From the sequence record PV764938.1: a stretch of DNA of 64,000 bases, one strand, 5' to 3'. Below the pieces are notes generated by a model that saw nothing but the letters and a program-made list of their open reading frames with translations, made no database searches and had not been told where the DNA came from. Position 1 is the stretch's first letter; each line of letters opens with the position of its first letter. Made by a program: the position numbers and the translations under genes. Of the stretch, positions 1 to 8,982 are shown piece after piece.

Positions 1-209
1 TAGAATGCTTGTTCAAGATGATCACTGCTCGCTTCATAAGCTTGTTGAATCGTGTAGTTGTGAAGATCCAATACAGGCGAAAACGATATATCCTGAACCT
101 GAGGACGAGTCGCGCGAGTTGGCAACGGAATACTTTCAGATAGGTTGAGCTTCACCCCTTTGGTGAAGTCGTCCCAAAGCTTCCTCTCTGTATCCGTAAG
201 CTCACGCAT
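1..209 (-). CDS. Smr-domain-like protein (3' end outside window)
   Basis: Hand translation from ATG at 209: MRELTDTERKLWDDF...VLDLHNYTIQQAYEASSDHLEQAF. Matches the Smr LDLHG-x-T-x-x-x-A motif with G>N. Confidence 0.6.
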   Translation of the reverse strand, partial: MRELTDTERKLWDDFTKGVKLNLSESIPLPTRATRPQVQDISFSPVLDLHNYTIQQAYEASSDHLEQAF

Positions 210-297
210 TTCTATTTTGACTCTACTTGTCTGAACCAGCTATATTTTGACTTAACAGGACACGACGTTGTCTGTCAATTTTTACAGGAGAAATCTT

Positions 298-741
298 ATG
301 TACGTTTCCACCAAGACCTATGGCCACGATATCGGACTGAGCTGTGCTTTTCGTCAATGGCGCGCCGAATCGCATTGCCGATTCATTCACGGCTACGCGC
401 TGAAGGTCCACCTGGAATTTGAAGCTGACGAACTGGACGCCCGTAACTGGGTTGTTGATTTCGGTTCGCTCAAGAGCTTCAAGAAGATGCTTGAAGACAC
501 TTTCGACCACAAGCTATTGGTGGCCGAGGATGATCCGGAGCTTGAAACACTTATGGACCTTCATGCAAAGGGTCTGGCTGATGTTGTAGTTCTTCCGAAG
601 GCTGGCTGTGAGGCTTTTGCCGAATACGTCTTTGGTGCTGCTGAGACGTGGCTACAGTCGAATGGATACACTCCGCGCGTTCGTATGCGCCGCGTGGAAG
701 TTTCCGAACACGGCGCAAACTCTGCGCAATTTGTTGCTTAA
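298..741 (+). CDS. queD: 6-carboxy-5,6,7,8-tetrahydropterin synthase (QueD/PTPS family)
   Basis: C-x-x-x-HG-Y motif (HCRFIHGYALKV), DFG-x-LK, FDH, EVSEH. AGGAG RBS before ATG 298. Confidence 0.92.
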   Translation: MYVSTKTYGHDIGLSCAFRQWRAESHCRFIHGYALKVHLEFEADELDARNWVVDFGSLKSFKKMLEDTFDHKLLVAEDDPELETLMDLHAKGLADVVVLPKAGCEAFAEYVFGAAETWLQSNGYTPRVRMRRVEVSEHGANSAQFVA

Positions 742-1388
742 TTTCGGTCTTCGACTTCAGCAACCTGGTCCGCAAACATTAGCTTGAGGACCAGGACTTC
801 GTTTAGCTTGTCCACGTAAACGAATGTATCTCGGACAACACCTTCCGGATGTCTTTCATCCACGCTATTCGAATATTTCTTGCAGACTAACTTGTGATGA
901 ACGCCGAGCTCAGTTAGGGCTTTGGCGTTCTCATCGTCTGTGCCCCAGTTACGGTTGCGCATTTTCACACGGAAACGGAACTCTCCGTAGAACTTACCCT
1001 TATCGTTGTTTTGACGTGGCAAAGGCTTGCCCCAGTGCGCGGGATTTGTCTGACGCACACTGTTGACGAAGAAACGGCTGTTGTGGGTCTCAATCCAACG
1101 CAAAACCGCGGGATCGTTCCCGTAGACGTAGAAGTCGTAGGTTGCCTTCACACTGACAAGGTGCGCACCCAATGGATCCAGCGCATCATGAAGAACCTGC
1201 TTGAGTTCATCAAAGTGATGCCACGATTCCAAGCTTGGACTCAGCGCGACACGGAACGCATACTTGGCGAAGAACTTGGGCCTATGGAGCATTTCAGACG
1301 CCTCGGCATCCAAGATTGCGTTGTCAACAAGACGCGCAATTGCTCGCTCCATTCTCTGCTCATAAGTCCACGCCATGGCATGCTCCAA
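738..1388 (-). CDS. hypothetical protein, C-terminal LKL-motif family
   Basis: 216-aa ORF ending FVYVDKLNEVLVLKLMF. Confidence 0.7.
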   Translation of the reverse strand: MEHAMAWTYEQRMERAIARLVDNAILDAEASEMLHRPKFFAKYAFRVALSPSLESWHHFDELKQVLHDALDPLGAHLVSVKATYDFYVYGNDPAVLRWIETHNSRFFVNSVRQTNPAHWGKPLPRQNNDKGKFYGEFRFRVKMRNRNWGTDDENAKALTELGVHHKLVCKKYSNSVDERHPEGVVRDTFVYVDKLNEVLVLKLMFADQVAEVEDRN

Positions 1389-1448
1389 AAATAAGGTCGT
1401 GCCATATTTAACACAAATCGTTTATTGACACAACTGGGTGATTTTTGG

Positions 1449-1476
1449 TTGACACGACCATTTCCTGCTTTATGTA
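1449..1476 (+). promoter_or_regulatory. sigma70-type promoter
   Basis: TTGACA-N16-TATGTA upstream of ORF 1504. Confidence 0.55.
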
Positions 1477-1503
1477 GGACACAATAATCGAAAGGATTCG
1501 TTA

Positions 1504-2025
1504 ATGAATAGCCAGGGGTTTAGGGTTTCACATCACGGTGACCAGGCACAAATGCAGGTGGATCGTGAAAAGCGCCTGGATGCCTTCCAAGATATGTCGC
1601 TCAAGTTCATCAAGGATGTGAAGTTCCTGCATGGCGGCGACATGGCTAAGGCCGTGATTGAGTCCCTTTCCGAAACGCTTGGAAAGCAGTGGTCTTCGCG
1701 TATCATCTTCGACATGATCGCACGCAACGATGAGGTTCCCGCTTACGTTCGGGTTACGCTCCGTGTGAATGCACAGAATGGCGCGGCTCCACAAAAGATT
1801 CCGCTCATCAAGGGTTTCCGTTGGCTCACCGGTACCGGTCTGAAGGAAGCCAAGGATGCTATTGAGGCCCTCATGTCTCGCGTCGAGCTTTGGGAGCTTG
1901 AGCTGGCCAAGCTTAACCGTTATCCAAACTATCGCGAAGCCCCGTATATCCAGATCGAAGTCCGCCAGGACACTTACGACGAGGCTGCGAAAGAATACAC
2001 GAATGCCGGAGGCATTATCCTTTGA
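1504..2025 (+). CDS. protein with ribosomal bL12 (L7/L12) C-terminal-domain-like motif
   Basis: QKIPLIKGFRWLTGTGLKEAKDAIE resembles the bL12 CTD signature K-I-x-x-IK-x-x-R-x-x-TGLGLKEAKD-x-VE. Confidence 0.65.
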   Translation: MNSQGFRVSHHGDQAQMQVDREKRLDAFQDMSLKFIKDVKFLHGGDMAKAVIESLSETLGKQWSSRIIFDMIARNDEVPAYVRVTLRVNAQNGAAPQKIPLIKGFRWLTGTGLKEAKDAIEALMSRVELWELELAKLNRYPNYREAPYIQIEVRQDTYDEAAKEYTNAGGIIL

Positions 2026-2258
2026 GTGACAAACTTCTGACTGATATTCGCGAACAGCTTGCCCGCTTCGGTGGTTCAGAGCTGGAAGCGAAGGAAAACA
2101 TGCCTGCGCTCGAAGCCATGTTCGATCGCCTGCAAGAGCTTCGTACGGAAATGAACGAAGCCAAGAAGAAGGCTGCGGAAGAAGCGGCAGCCCCTTACCT
2201 CGAGGCTATGGCAGAAATTCAGCGCCGTTACGCCTTCATCTTGAAACTTTCATCTTGA
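2022..2258 (+). CDS. hypothetical coiled-coil protein
   Basis: 78-aa helical ORF, GTGA overlap with upstream gene. Confidence 0.65.
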   Translation: MSDKLLTDIREQLARFGGSELEAKENMPALEAMFDRLQELRTEMNEAKKKAAEEAAAPYLEAMAEIQRRYAFILKLSS

Positions 2259-2291
2259 AACTCGGCCAACCCTAATCCCTAAGGACTACGA

Positions 2292-3629
2292 ATGTCTCAC
2301 GTTGACAATAAAGCCATCAAAATTCCTACCGACCACTATGTGGGTTTTCAGAAGCGGCAGGGCGATGATGTGCCACTCGCATTCATGACCATCGACGGTA
2401 CCGATAAGGCTGCTGAAAAGCGCAAAGCAACCGTTGATGCTTGGGCCAAGGGCAACACCTGGCAGTCCCACAGCAAGCAGGCAACGCTGGCGCCGAAGAG
2501 CCTCGTCAATAAGCCGCTTTCGGGCTTCAAGATGGGCCGCAATATTAGCTATGGCTCGGGCTGGGATTCTCGTCACGATAAGTGGCGGCTTGAGGATCCG
2601 CGCGGCTTCCAGCTGGAAATCTCCTCCGGCAACCTGCAACAGATCATGCAGCTTTGCACGATCGAGAAGGGTGAAATTCTCGAGCAGTGCATCTGGGGTC
2701 GTCTCGGCCAGGAAAACATCCTGATTCCGATCAGCTCGCCCGTTTACACGACTGCGACGGCCAATACCGACCGCATGAACAAAAAGGGCACGATCAAGGA
2801 CGCGAAGCCAGGTTCCAAGCTGATTTTCGTCAACGGCGATGAAGGCATCTACATCGGCAAGACCTACGCCAGCGGCTACGACTACGATTACGAGTACTCC
2901 AAGCGGAACGGTTACAGCGACTACGAAGACAAGAAGATCACTCGCACGTTCAAGACCTTCAACGAAAAGACCATTCACACGTATGTTCTTCTGGACAAGG
3001 ATGGCAAGTGGTCGAAGATCATGATGCGCGATTCGCTCAAGCTTTCCGAAGTCGTCGACGGTGAAGATTGGACGCTTGAGGAAGCCTGCGACAAGGCCAA
3101 CGAAGCTGTTGGTCTGAACAAGGTCTACACGGATCTTCCTAACAAGTACAACAAGGCTCGCGTCTTGCAGTTCTCGCCACAGCCGGTTAACGATTGGAGC
3201 AACTACGAGTTCTTCGTGAAGGAAATCGGCAGCTACAAGGACTACACCGAAGAGCTCAATAACGAGCGCGTGTCTTACAGCTCGTACATCGTCATCAAGG
3301 CACCGACTGGCGAGTTTGGATTCTGTCACTTCTATCACTACGACAAGACCCAGCCGCTTTCGGTGAACGACTTCCGTCAGCCACGGAAAATCGATCGCGA
3401 TGCTTTCTTCAAGGATTTCCGAATTGTTCGCCTGAGCAAGGAAGAGGAATACGAAACGTACCAGCATTCCTGGAACTACAATAGCGCGAAGATCAAAAAG
3501 ACCCGCACGGTCAACGACTATTTGGGCGTGAAGGGCATGAATGTCGACGACATCATCTTCTTCAAGTTGAAGGGCCGATACACAACGTTCTCGGGTAAGG
3601 TTCTCGAGCGCGACCACACCGAAGAATAA
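2292..3629 (+). CDS. hypothetical phage protein (445 aa)
   Basis: Long ORF with strong codon bias and an AAGGA RBS. Confidence 0.85.
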   Translation: MSHVDNKAIKIPTDHYVGFQKRQGDDVPLAFMTIDGTDKAAEKRKATVDAWAKGNTWQSHSKQATLAPKSLVNKPLSGFKMGRNISYGSGWDSRHDKWRLEDPRGFQLEISSGNLQQIMQLCTIEKGEILEQCIWGRLGQENILIPISSPVYTTATANTDRMNKKGTIKDAKPGSKLIFVNGDEGIYIGKTYASGYDYDYEYSKRNGYSDYEDKKITRTFKTFNEKTIHTYVLLDKDGKWSKIMMRDSLKLSEVVDGEDWTLEEACDKANEAVGLNKVYTDLPNKYNKARVLQFSPQPVNDWSNYEFFVKEIGSYKDYTEELNNERVSYSSYIVIKAPTGEFGFCHFYHYDKTQPLSVNDFRQPRKIDRDAFFKDFRIVRLSKEEEYETYQHSWNYNSAKIKKTRTVNDYLGVKGMNVDDIIFFKLKGRYTTFSGKVLERDHTEE

Positions 3630-3650
3630 ACGCCCGTAGAGCAGTCAAGG

Positions 3651-3680
3651 AAAAGCCCAGTGAGCAATCACTGGGCTTTT
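3651..3680. terminator. bidirectional intrinsic terminator
   Basis: AAAAGCCCAGTG-agcaat-CACTGGGCTTTT between convergent genes. Confidence 0.85.
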
Positions 3681-3688
3681 TACGTTCC

Positions 3689-5041
3689 TTAGAATTTCTG
3701 CTTGCTAAGCTCTACGAGTTCGCTGCGGTAAATTGCCTTCAGCTTCTTCGGATCCGCCAGGATCTGTGTGTACTCGTCGATGTTATCCTCAAGACGCTTG
3801 ATATTGTCGAGCACATCCTGGTACGCATCCTTCGCCCAACGGAACGAAGGCAAGCTTACGATACGGTCAGTCTGAGATTGTTCCAAAGCAATGCCCTTGG
3901 TGATGGTTGTGACTTCATCAACAATTGCCTGCTTGTTAGCGAGTGTCGGAAGCTTTGCCGGCAGCTTTGCATCGAAGCACGACTTAACAGCACGCCAGAA
4001 GTTCAAGCTATAGGAATCTTCCGCACGCATGTATTCGTAACGGACGGTGTACCAACCCAGGCGCCAATCCACAAACGACTTAACAACTTCTTCGGCCGAA
4101 TCGTACTGCTTGATTGCAGTGGAATTCCAATCCACGACAACGATACGTTCGGACTTCTTCTGCTTCAGCTTGAGGAAATCAATCGCCTTGTCTTCGTTCC
4201 ATCCGGCAATCGTGCCACGTTGGAACTTAACTGTGATATCGATGGTCTTAGTGGAACGGTCCACATAGGAGTTGATCTTGCCGTCATCTTCGAGGCCGTT
4301 GAGGCGTTCCTTGAACTTAGCCAGAGTGAGATCCGGTGGAAGTTCCGTAACATGCACGGTCGAAGTGTCAACGATGTTTACGCGACCGGACATTTCCCAT
4401 GAGTTACCCTCGAGGTGATCCACCTTAATGTCAAAGCGTTCGAAGTGAGGAACCAGCTGCTGAACCTTTTTGCCGTCCAGTGCATCGATGGAAGCCTTCA
4501 CAATGTCCGAGAACTTGCGACGGAGAATTTCAGTCGACCAGCCCACAGCAATACCCGAAACGCCGTTCAACAGAACCGTCGGGATAAGTGGGAGGAAGTG
4601 GATGGGTTCCAATGTGGAACCATCATAGTTTTCCTTCAGCGGAACAATGTCCAGGTCCGGAAGCATAAGGTTTGTCAGTGCCGTTCCACGCTTTACGTAG
4701 GTATAACGTGGAGCACCAATACCATCGACGGGAGCAGTTCGTGTACCAAAGGTACCAATACCATGAAGCAGTGGGACGTTATTGCAGAAGGGTGCTGCCA
4801 ACATGCTAATGGAGCCCGCTGCGGACGCATCGCCGTGCAAGTAGAGTCCCGAGGAGATCATTTCACCTGCGAGGGAAACCGTCTTGATCTTATCGCCCTT
4901 GTTGCGAATCAACCAAAGTGCTTTGCGCTGAGCGTCTTTGAGACCGTCTGCGACTTTAGGAATCGCGCGATTCTCACACACATAGATGGAGTATTCTCGA
5001 GAAGTGTCTTTGATATAGGTTGAGCTTGTAAGAGTTGCCAT
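3689..5041 (-). CDS. gyrA: type IIA DNA topoisomerase, cleavage subunit (GyrA/ParC/T4 gp52-like)
   Basis: RAIPKVADGLKDAQRK, YLHGDAS, catalytic APRYT, LLNGVSGIAVGWST. Confidence 0.93.
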   Translation of the reverse strand: MATLTSSTYIKDTSREYSIYVCENRAIPKVADGLKDAQRKALWLIRNKGDKIKTVSLAGEMISSGLYLHGDASAAGSISMLAAPFCNNVPLLHGIGTFGTRTAPVDGIGAPRYTYVKRGTALTNLMLPDLDIVPLKENYDGSTLEPIHFLPLIPTVLLNGVSGIAVGWSTEILRRKFSDIVKASIDALDGKKVQQLVPHFERFDIKVDHLEGNSWEMSGRVNIVDTSTVHVTELPPDLTLAKFKERLNGLEDDGKINSYVDRSTKTIDITVKFQRGTIAGWNEDKAIDFLKLKQKKSERIVVVDWNSTAIKQYDSAEEVVKSFVDWRLGWYTVRYEYMRAEDSYSLNFWRAVKSCFDAKLPAKLPTLANKQAIVDEVTTITKGIALEQSQTDRIVSLPSFRWAKDAYQDVLDNIKRLEDNIDEYTQILADPKKLKAIYRSELVELSKQKF

Positions 5042-5052
5042 TTTGAGCCTTA

Positions 5053-5250
5053 TTAAGTGTTCATTAATTTGAATAACATTGCCAGCGTAGGATCTTCAAT
5101 AATTAGGAACATGCCTTTCTGGTCGACTCCCATTGGGAGGTCATCCATATTTACACCGCGTTCGATAAAGAAGTTTCTAGCGTCTTGGAGTGATTGGACC
5201 ATGCTTTGTCTCCACCAATCCGACGACGAAATATAAACCTTGTTAGTCAT
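5053..5250 (-). CDS. small hypothetical protein, FKL-motif family
   Basis: Start moved to ATG 5250, which overlaps the upstream stop. Ends IEDPTLAMLFKLMNT. Confidence 0.7.
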   Translation of the reverse strand: MTNKVYISSSDWWRQSMVQSLQDARNFFIERGVNMDDLPMGVDQKGMFLIIEDPTLAMLFKLMNT

Positions 5251-5443
5251 CCCAAAGCATTCGGAAAAGCACGGCATGCGCGGTATTAGTGAAGGTCAGA
5301 TAGAATCCGACGTCATCGCGCTGATACTCATAGGAGTCGATTCCGTGAGTCTTCAACAATTCCACAAGACGTTCCCGTCGCTTGTCGTAGACCGAGACCA
5401 ACATATTGTAGGATGGAACTTTGTACCAGTAGACGCGATTCAT
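5243..5443 (-). CDS. small hypothetical protein, FKL-motif family
   Basis: ATGA overlap at 5440-5443. Ends LTFTNTAHAVLFRMLWDD. Confidence 0.7.
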   Translation of the reverse strand: MNRVYWYKVPSYNMLVSVYDKRRERLVELLKTHGIDSYEYQRDDVGFYLTFTNTAHAVLFRMLWDD

Positions 5444-5691
5444 CCGACCATAAACTCCAGCTTGAACAACATCGCATCTTGTTTCTTGGTGAACCAAAAT
5501 GTGATCTCATGTCGGTTGTAGCGATCGATGTAGTTGCGGAATTCTAGTGGACGGAAACTGACGGTACCAATGCAGGTTCGCTTAATCCAAGCCACGGTTT
5601 CATCCTCAGTCCAGTTCTCATCATGCACGTTGATAGTGAATGTGTGCTTGAACGTTTTGGGTGGTGATTTGACTCGGATTGCTTTGGTCAT
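5440..5691 (-). CDS. small hypothetical protein, FKL-motif family
   Basis: Ends FWFTKKQDAMLFKLEFMVG. Confidence 0.75.
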   Translation of the reverse strand: MTKAIRVKSPPKTFKHTFTINVHDENWTEDETVAWIKRTCIGTVSFRPLEFRNYIDRYNRHEITFWFTKKQDAMLFKLEFMVG

Positions 5692-6098
5692 GGCACTGTC
5701 AGTTTGAATCGTACGGCGTCTGCTTCATCTTTAAAGCCCGCATAGGCATGGAATCCACTATCGAAGAGAATCATCTTCCCATCGCTGACGTGATTTTCCA
5801 GATAATAATCAAGAGCTTCGATAGTACGAGTCCGCTTACGTGGACCCTTCTTTTCGGGTTCATTGATTCTTATGTAGTGGACCCAAGGCGAGTTCGGATA
5901 TAGCAACTTCATCAGTTCGGTTGGGTTTTCCGTATCAATGTAAACGGCTTTGTCCGTGCTATTTGTTGTATCGATGTCTGCACCGATTTTCTTCAAATAG
6001 TGGTGAAACCCGTACATGAGCAAACTGTTGGAACAGCGATGGTATTCATCGCTGCCCAAGAAGTTGATTTCACGAAGATGGTCTGCCGTGACGTACAT
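5688..6098 (-). CDS. hypothetical protein, FKL-motif family
   Basis: Ends AGFKDEADAVRFKLTVP. Confidence 0.75.
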   Translation of the reverse strand: MYVTADHLREINFLGSDEYHRCSNSLLMYGFHHYLKKIGADIDTTNSTDKAVYIDTENPTELMKLLYPNSPWVHYIRINEPEKKGPRKRTRTIEALDYYLENHVSDGKMILFDSGFHAYAGFKDEADAVRFKLTVP

Positions 6099-7975
6099 TA
6101 GATTCCAATCCAGTCCTTACGATCGTCGGAACGTCCGCCGTTAAAGATGAGATCCAGTGTATCCTTCATGTTGCCGTCATTGACGATCGGGAACAATTCA
6201 GGGTTATCCAACGAATACTGCCAGTCCTCTTCCGTCAGCGTAGACAGACCCTTAGCACGAGTAATAGACCAACCCGAATGTGCTTGAGGATCGAAGTCCT
6301 GGTAGTTGTGGGAATACCAATACTTGCGTGTCTTGCCTTTCTCAGCGATGATGAATGGAGTCTTGAAAATGTTGATGAACGGATCCAGCTTCGGGTCGAA
6401 AAGCTCCGGCCAGAATGTGTGGAAGAAGTTGATCAACAAGGCACCGATATTCAAGCCGTCCGGGTCCATGTCGTGCGCAATGTAGACTTGACCGTAACGG
6501 AGATCCTCACGCTTTGCCTTCTGACCCACGATGAGTCCCAAGCTGTTCATGATGTCAGCGAGTGCCTTGTTCGCGATGACAACCTTGAGGTCTTCACCGT
6601 TGACGTTGAGAACCTTACCACGCAGAGCAAGACCACCATGGACTTCAGGATCACGCACCGAGCTCATACCCGAGATAGCGGATTCACCTTCTGCCAGGAA
6701 GAGCTTGCACTTGGTGCGGTCTTTTCCATTAGCGTCCATTAGACCAGCGACCTTGCTGCGGGCATTCTTCTTTGCCATCTTCGCAATGTCAGCGGCGTCC
6801 TTCTTCATTGTACGTTCGGAGCAACGCTTATAGATCTCTTCGATCCATTCCTTGTTGCGCTTGATAACGTCTCTGTATAGTTCAGGATCTTCGAGAGCCT
6901 TGCCGACAACCTTGCTGACTTCCTCGTTAATGAGGCGGGTCTTGGACTGGGAGTCAAAGTTTGGACTGTGCATGTTGGTGATGTTGTAGATCATCACGCC
7001 TTCAGTCACATCCGAACGGTTCGGGCTCAGCTTACGACGCTTGCTTTCCTTCTCTAGCGCACCCAACAGGTTACGATAGAAATCACGACGGAATGTTTCA
7101 ACATGAACACCGCCGTTGAATGCCGGAATGTTGTTGACGAGCGTGTGAGTGTGTTCGCCATCATCGAGGAAATTCGGTACAAGCCAGAAGCGAGTACGGA
7201 AGAAAGTGTCCTTGATTTCAACAGCGATCGGCTTGATCTTCTCGAACAGCGACTGCTCAGGACGCGGCTTAACTCGGATCTGGGTACCATTGAAGTAGAC
7301 TTTGATCAGCGGGTTTGCGATCGCGATTTCCGTTACACGGGAACGAACAAACTCCAACGGCAATGTTGTATCAGCGAACACCTTTGTGCTCAGCTTGAAT
7401 GCGACCTTGGTGCCTGTGAGCTCACCCTTCTTGTCGATGATCTTGGGTCCTGCTGCTACCAGTTCTTCACCAAGAGCCTCGTTACCCTCGGAGAAATTCT
7501 GGGTGAATTTCTTACCATCACGATGAATGGTCAGTTTGAAATATTCGGAACAGAAGTTAACGCCGGCTGCACCGATACCGTTGGTACCAGCGACTTCGCC
7601 GCGTGCTTCAAAGTTACGACCTGCACGAGCGTGGCTCAGCGCGAGAGTCGCAGCATGGATTTGATGTTCTTCATCCCAAGCGATCGGGATGCCTCGACCG
7701 TTATCCTCAACTGACATTTCGCGTGTTTCTTCATCATACGTGATGTCGATGCGATTGCCATGCCCGTGACCGACGACTTCATCCAAGCTGTTGTCGATGA
7801 TTTCGCGGAAAGCCGTATAAACTGCGGGAACCCACTTGAAGTTCTGTGGAACTGGCTTCAGTCCCTCATATGCGATTACGGTCTGTTCGTGTAGGGCACG
7901 AGAACCGAAATACATTTCTGTCTTCAAACGGACGTGAGAGTAGTCGGTGAGTTTTTTAATAGATTGTTCTGCCAT
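6098..7975 (-). CDS. gyrB: type IIA DNA topoisomerase, ATPase/TOPRIM subunit (GyrB/ParE/T4 gp39+60-like)
   Basis: GHKL motifs EIIDNSLDE, DNGRGIP, GTNGIG. TOPRIM LFLAEGESA, LRGKVLN, DMDPDG, RAKGL. Confidence 0.95.
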   Translation of the reverse strand: MAEQSIKKLTDYSHVRLKTEMYFGSRALHEQTVIAYEGLKPVPQNFKWVPAVYTAFREIIDNSLDEVVGHGHGNRIDITYDEETREMSVEDNGRGIPIAWDEEHQIHAATLALSHARAGRNFEARGEVAGTNGIGAAGVNFCSEYFKLTIHRDGKKFTQNFSEGNEALGEELVAAGPKIIDKKGELTGTKVAFKLSTKVFADTTLPLEFVRSRVTEIAIANPLIKVYFNGTQIRVKPRPEQSLFEKIKPIAVEIKDTFFRTRFWLVPNFLDDGEHTHTLVNNIPAFNGGVHVETFRRDFYRNLLGALEKESKRRKLSPNRSDVTEGVMIYNITNMHSPNFDSQSKTRLINEEVSKVVGKALEDPELYRDVIKRNKEWIEEIYKRCSERTMKKDAADIAKMAKKNARSKVAGLMDANGKDRTKCKLFLAEGESAISGMSSVRDPEVHGGLALRGKVLNVNGEDLKVVIANKALADIMNSLGLIVGQKAKREDLRYGQVYIAHDMDPDGLNIGALLINFFHTFWPELFDPKLDPFINIFKTPFIIAEKGKTRKYWYSHNYQDFDPQAHSGWSITRAKGLSTLTEEDWQYSLDNPELFPIVNDGNMKDTLDLIFNGGRSDDRKDWIGI

Positions 7976-8145
7976 AGGTGTTTCCAGTTTTCTTTGTAAT
8001 TTAAAGAGTTAGAGCCTTTAGTGTCAATTTTTGGTTTTCAGAGACCCAAACCGTTGAGTCACATAATAATTTATGCCTGAACCAAATTTAGGTTTGCAGT
8101 TGCACCAAAACATGCTAGTAGAAGAAACCAACATGAGGAAACCCG

Positions 8146-8511
8146 ATGGCTTATTTGGCTTATGAACTTTCGGCAAGCGATCGCACAAAGCTCGCAAGGA
8201 TATTCCCGCCGAAGTTTTCGGATTTCATCGGACACCACTGCACTTACAAATTTGGCGTGATGGCGGATGCACCGCTACCACCTGAGGCTGTTCTGCGTGT
8301 CGTTGGCTTTGCAAGTGATGATTCTCTTGAATGCCTAGTCGTCGATGTTGATGGTTCTATCCGTCGGCCCGATCGCGGTACATTCCATATCACTTGGTCT
8401 CTTGATCGTTCGAAGGGTCGCAAGCCCGTTGATTCCAACGAGTTGCTTCGTGGCGGATATACTCCGATCCGACCCATAACTGTCTCGGCGACGCCAAAAC
8501 TCTTCAAGTAG
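8146..8511 (+). CDS. 2H phosphoesterase-family protein
   Basis: Two H-x-T motifs (GHHCTY, TFHITW) about 50 aa apart in a 121-aa protein. Confidence 0.7.
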   Translation: MAYLAYELSASDRTKLARIFPPKFSDFIGHHCTYKFGVMADAPLPPEAVLRVVGFASDDSLECLVVDVDGSIRRPDRGTFHITWSLDRSKGRKPVDSNELLRGGYTPIRPITVSATPKLFK

Positions 8512-8514
8512 TCT

Positions 8515-8946
8515 ATGGAAGAAAATACCCAGCATAAGATGACCGTCGTGTCATACCCGGATTACCATGTTGATCCAGGTGCCACCCATATCCTCGTCGT
8601 AGGGGATTTCAAGTTTCAAGAGCAAGCACAGGATGCCATTGGTATCCATTGGCCTGATGCAGACGTCACATTGTATCGGGGCGATGCTGCAATTCCCAAT
8701 GTGCAATCGGCAATCGAACATCACACTTGGCTTTATTATCAGTTCAAGATGGCTAAGATCGTGATTGTCACCACAAAGTCATGGAAGTGGGTTTGGCCAG
8801 TCTTGGCTACCATCGATGGCGAAATATTCTTTGTGGATGATCAATCCGATAGCTTGTTTCTCCGCACTCTAAATTTGACATATCCGGGACGAGTGTTCCA
8901 TACTGCTGAACAGGCAGTAAAAGCTGTGGTTTCTACGCGCCTATAA
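8515..8946 (+). CDS. hypothetical protein
   Basis: 143-aa ORF co-oriented in operon. Confidence 0.6.
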   Translation: MEENTQHKMTVVSYPDYHVDPGATHILVVGDFKFQEQAQDAIGIHWPDADVTLYRGDAAIPNVQSAIEHHTWLYYQFKMAKIVIVTTKSWKWVWPVLATIDGEIFFVDDQSDSLFLRTLNLTYPGRVFHTAEQAVKAVVSTRL

Positions 8947-8982
8947 ATATTCAACGATAACAACAAACCGGGGACAAGGTTG

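Noticed and set aside
2286-3617. 443-aa minus-strand ORF (likewise 40621..41988, 10257..11249, 24874..25731, 30806..31717)
   Set aside because: Antisense shadows of well-supported, codon-biased genes on the opposite strand.
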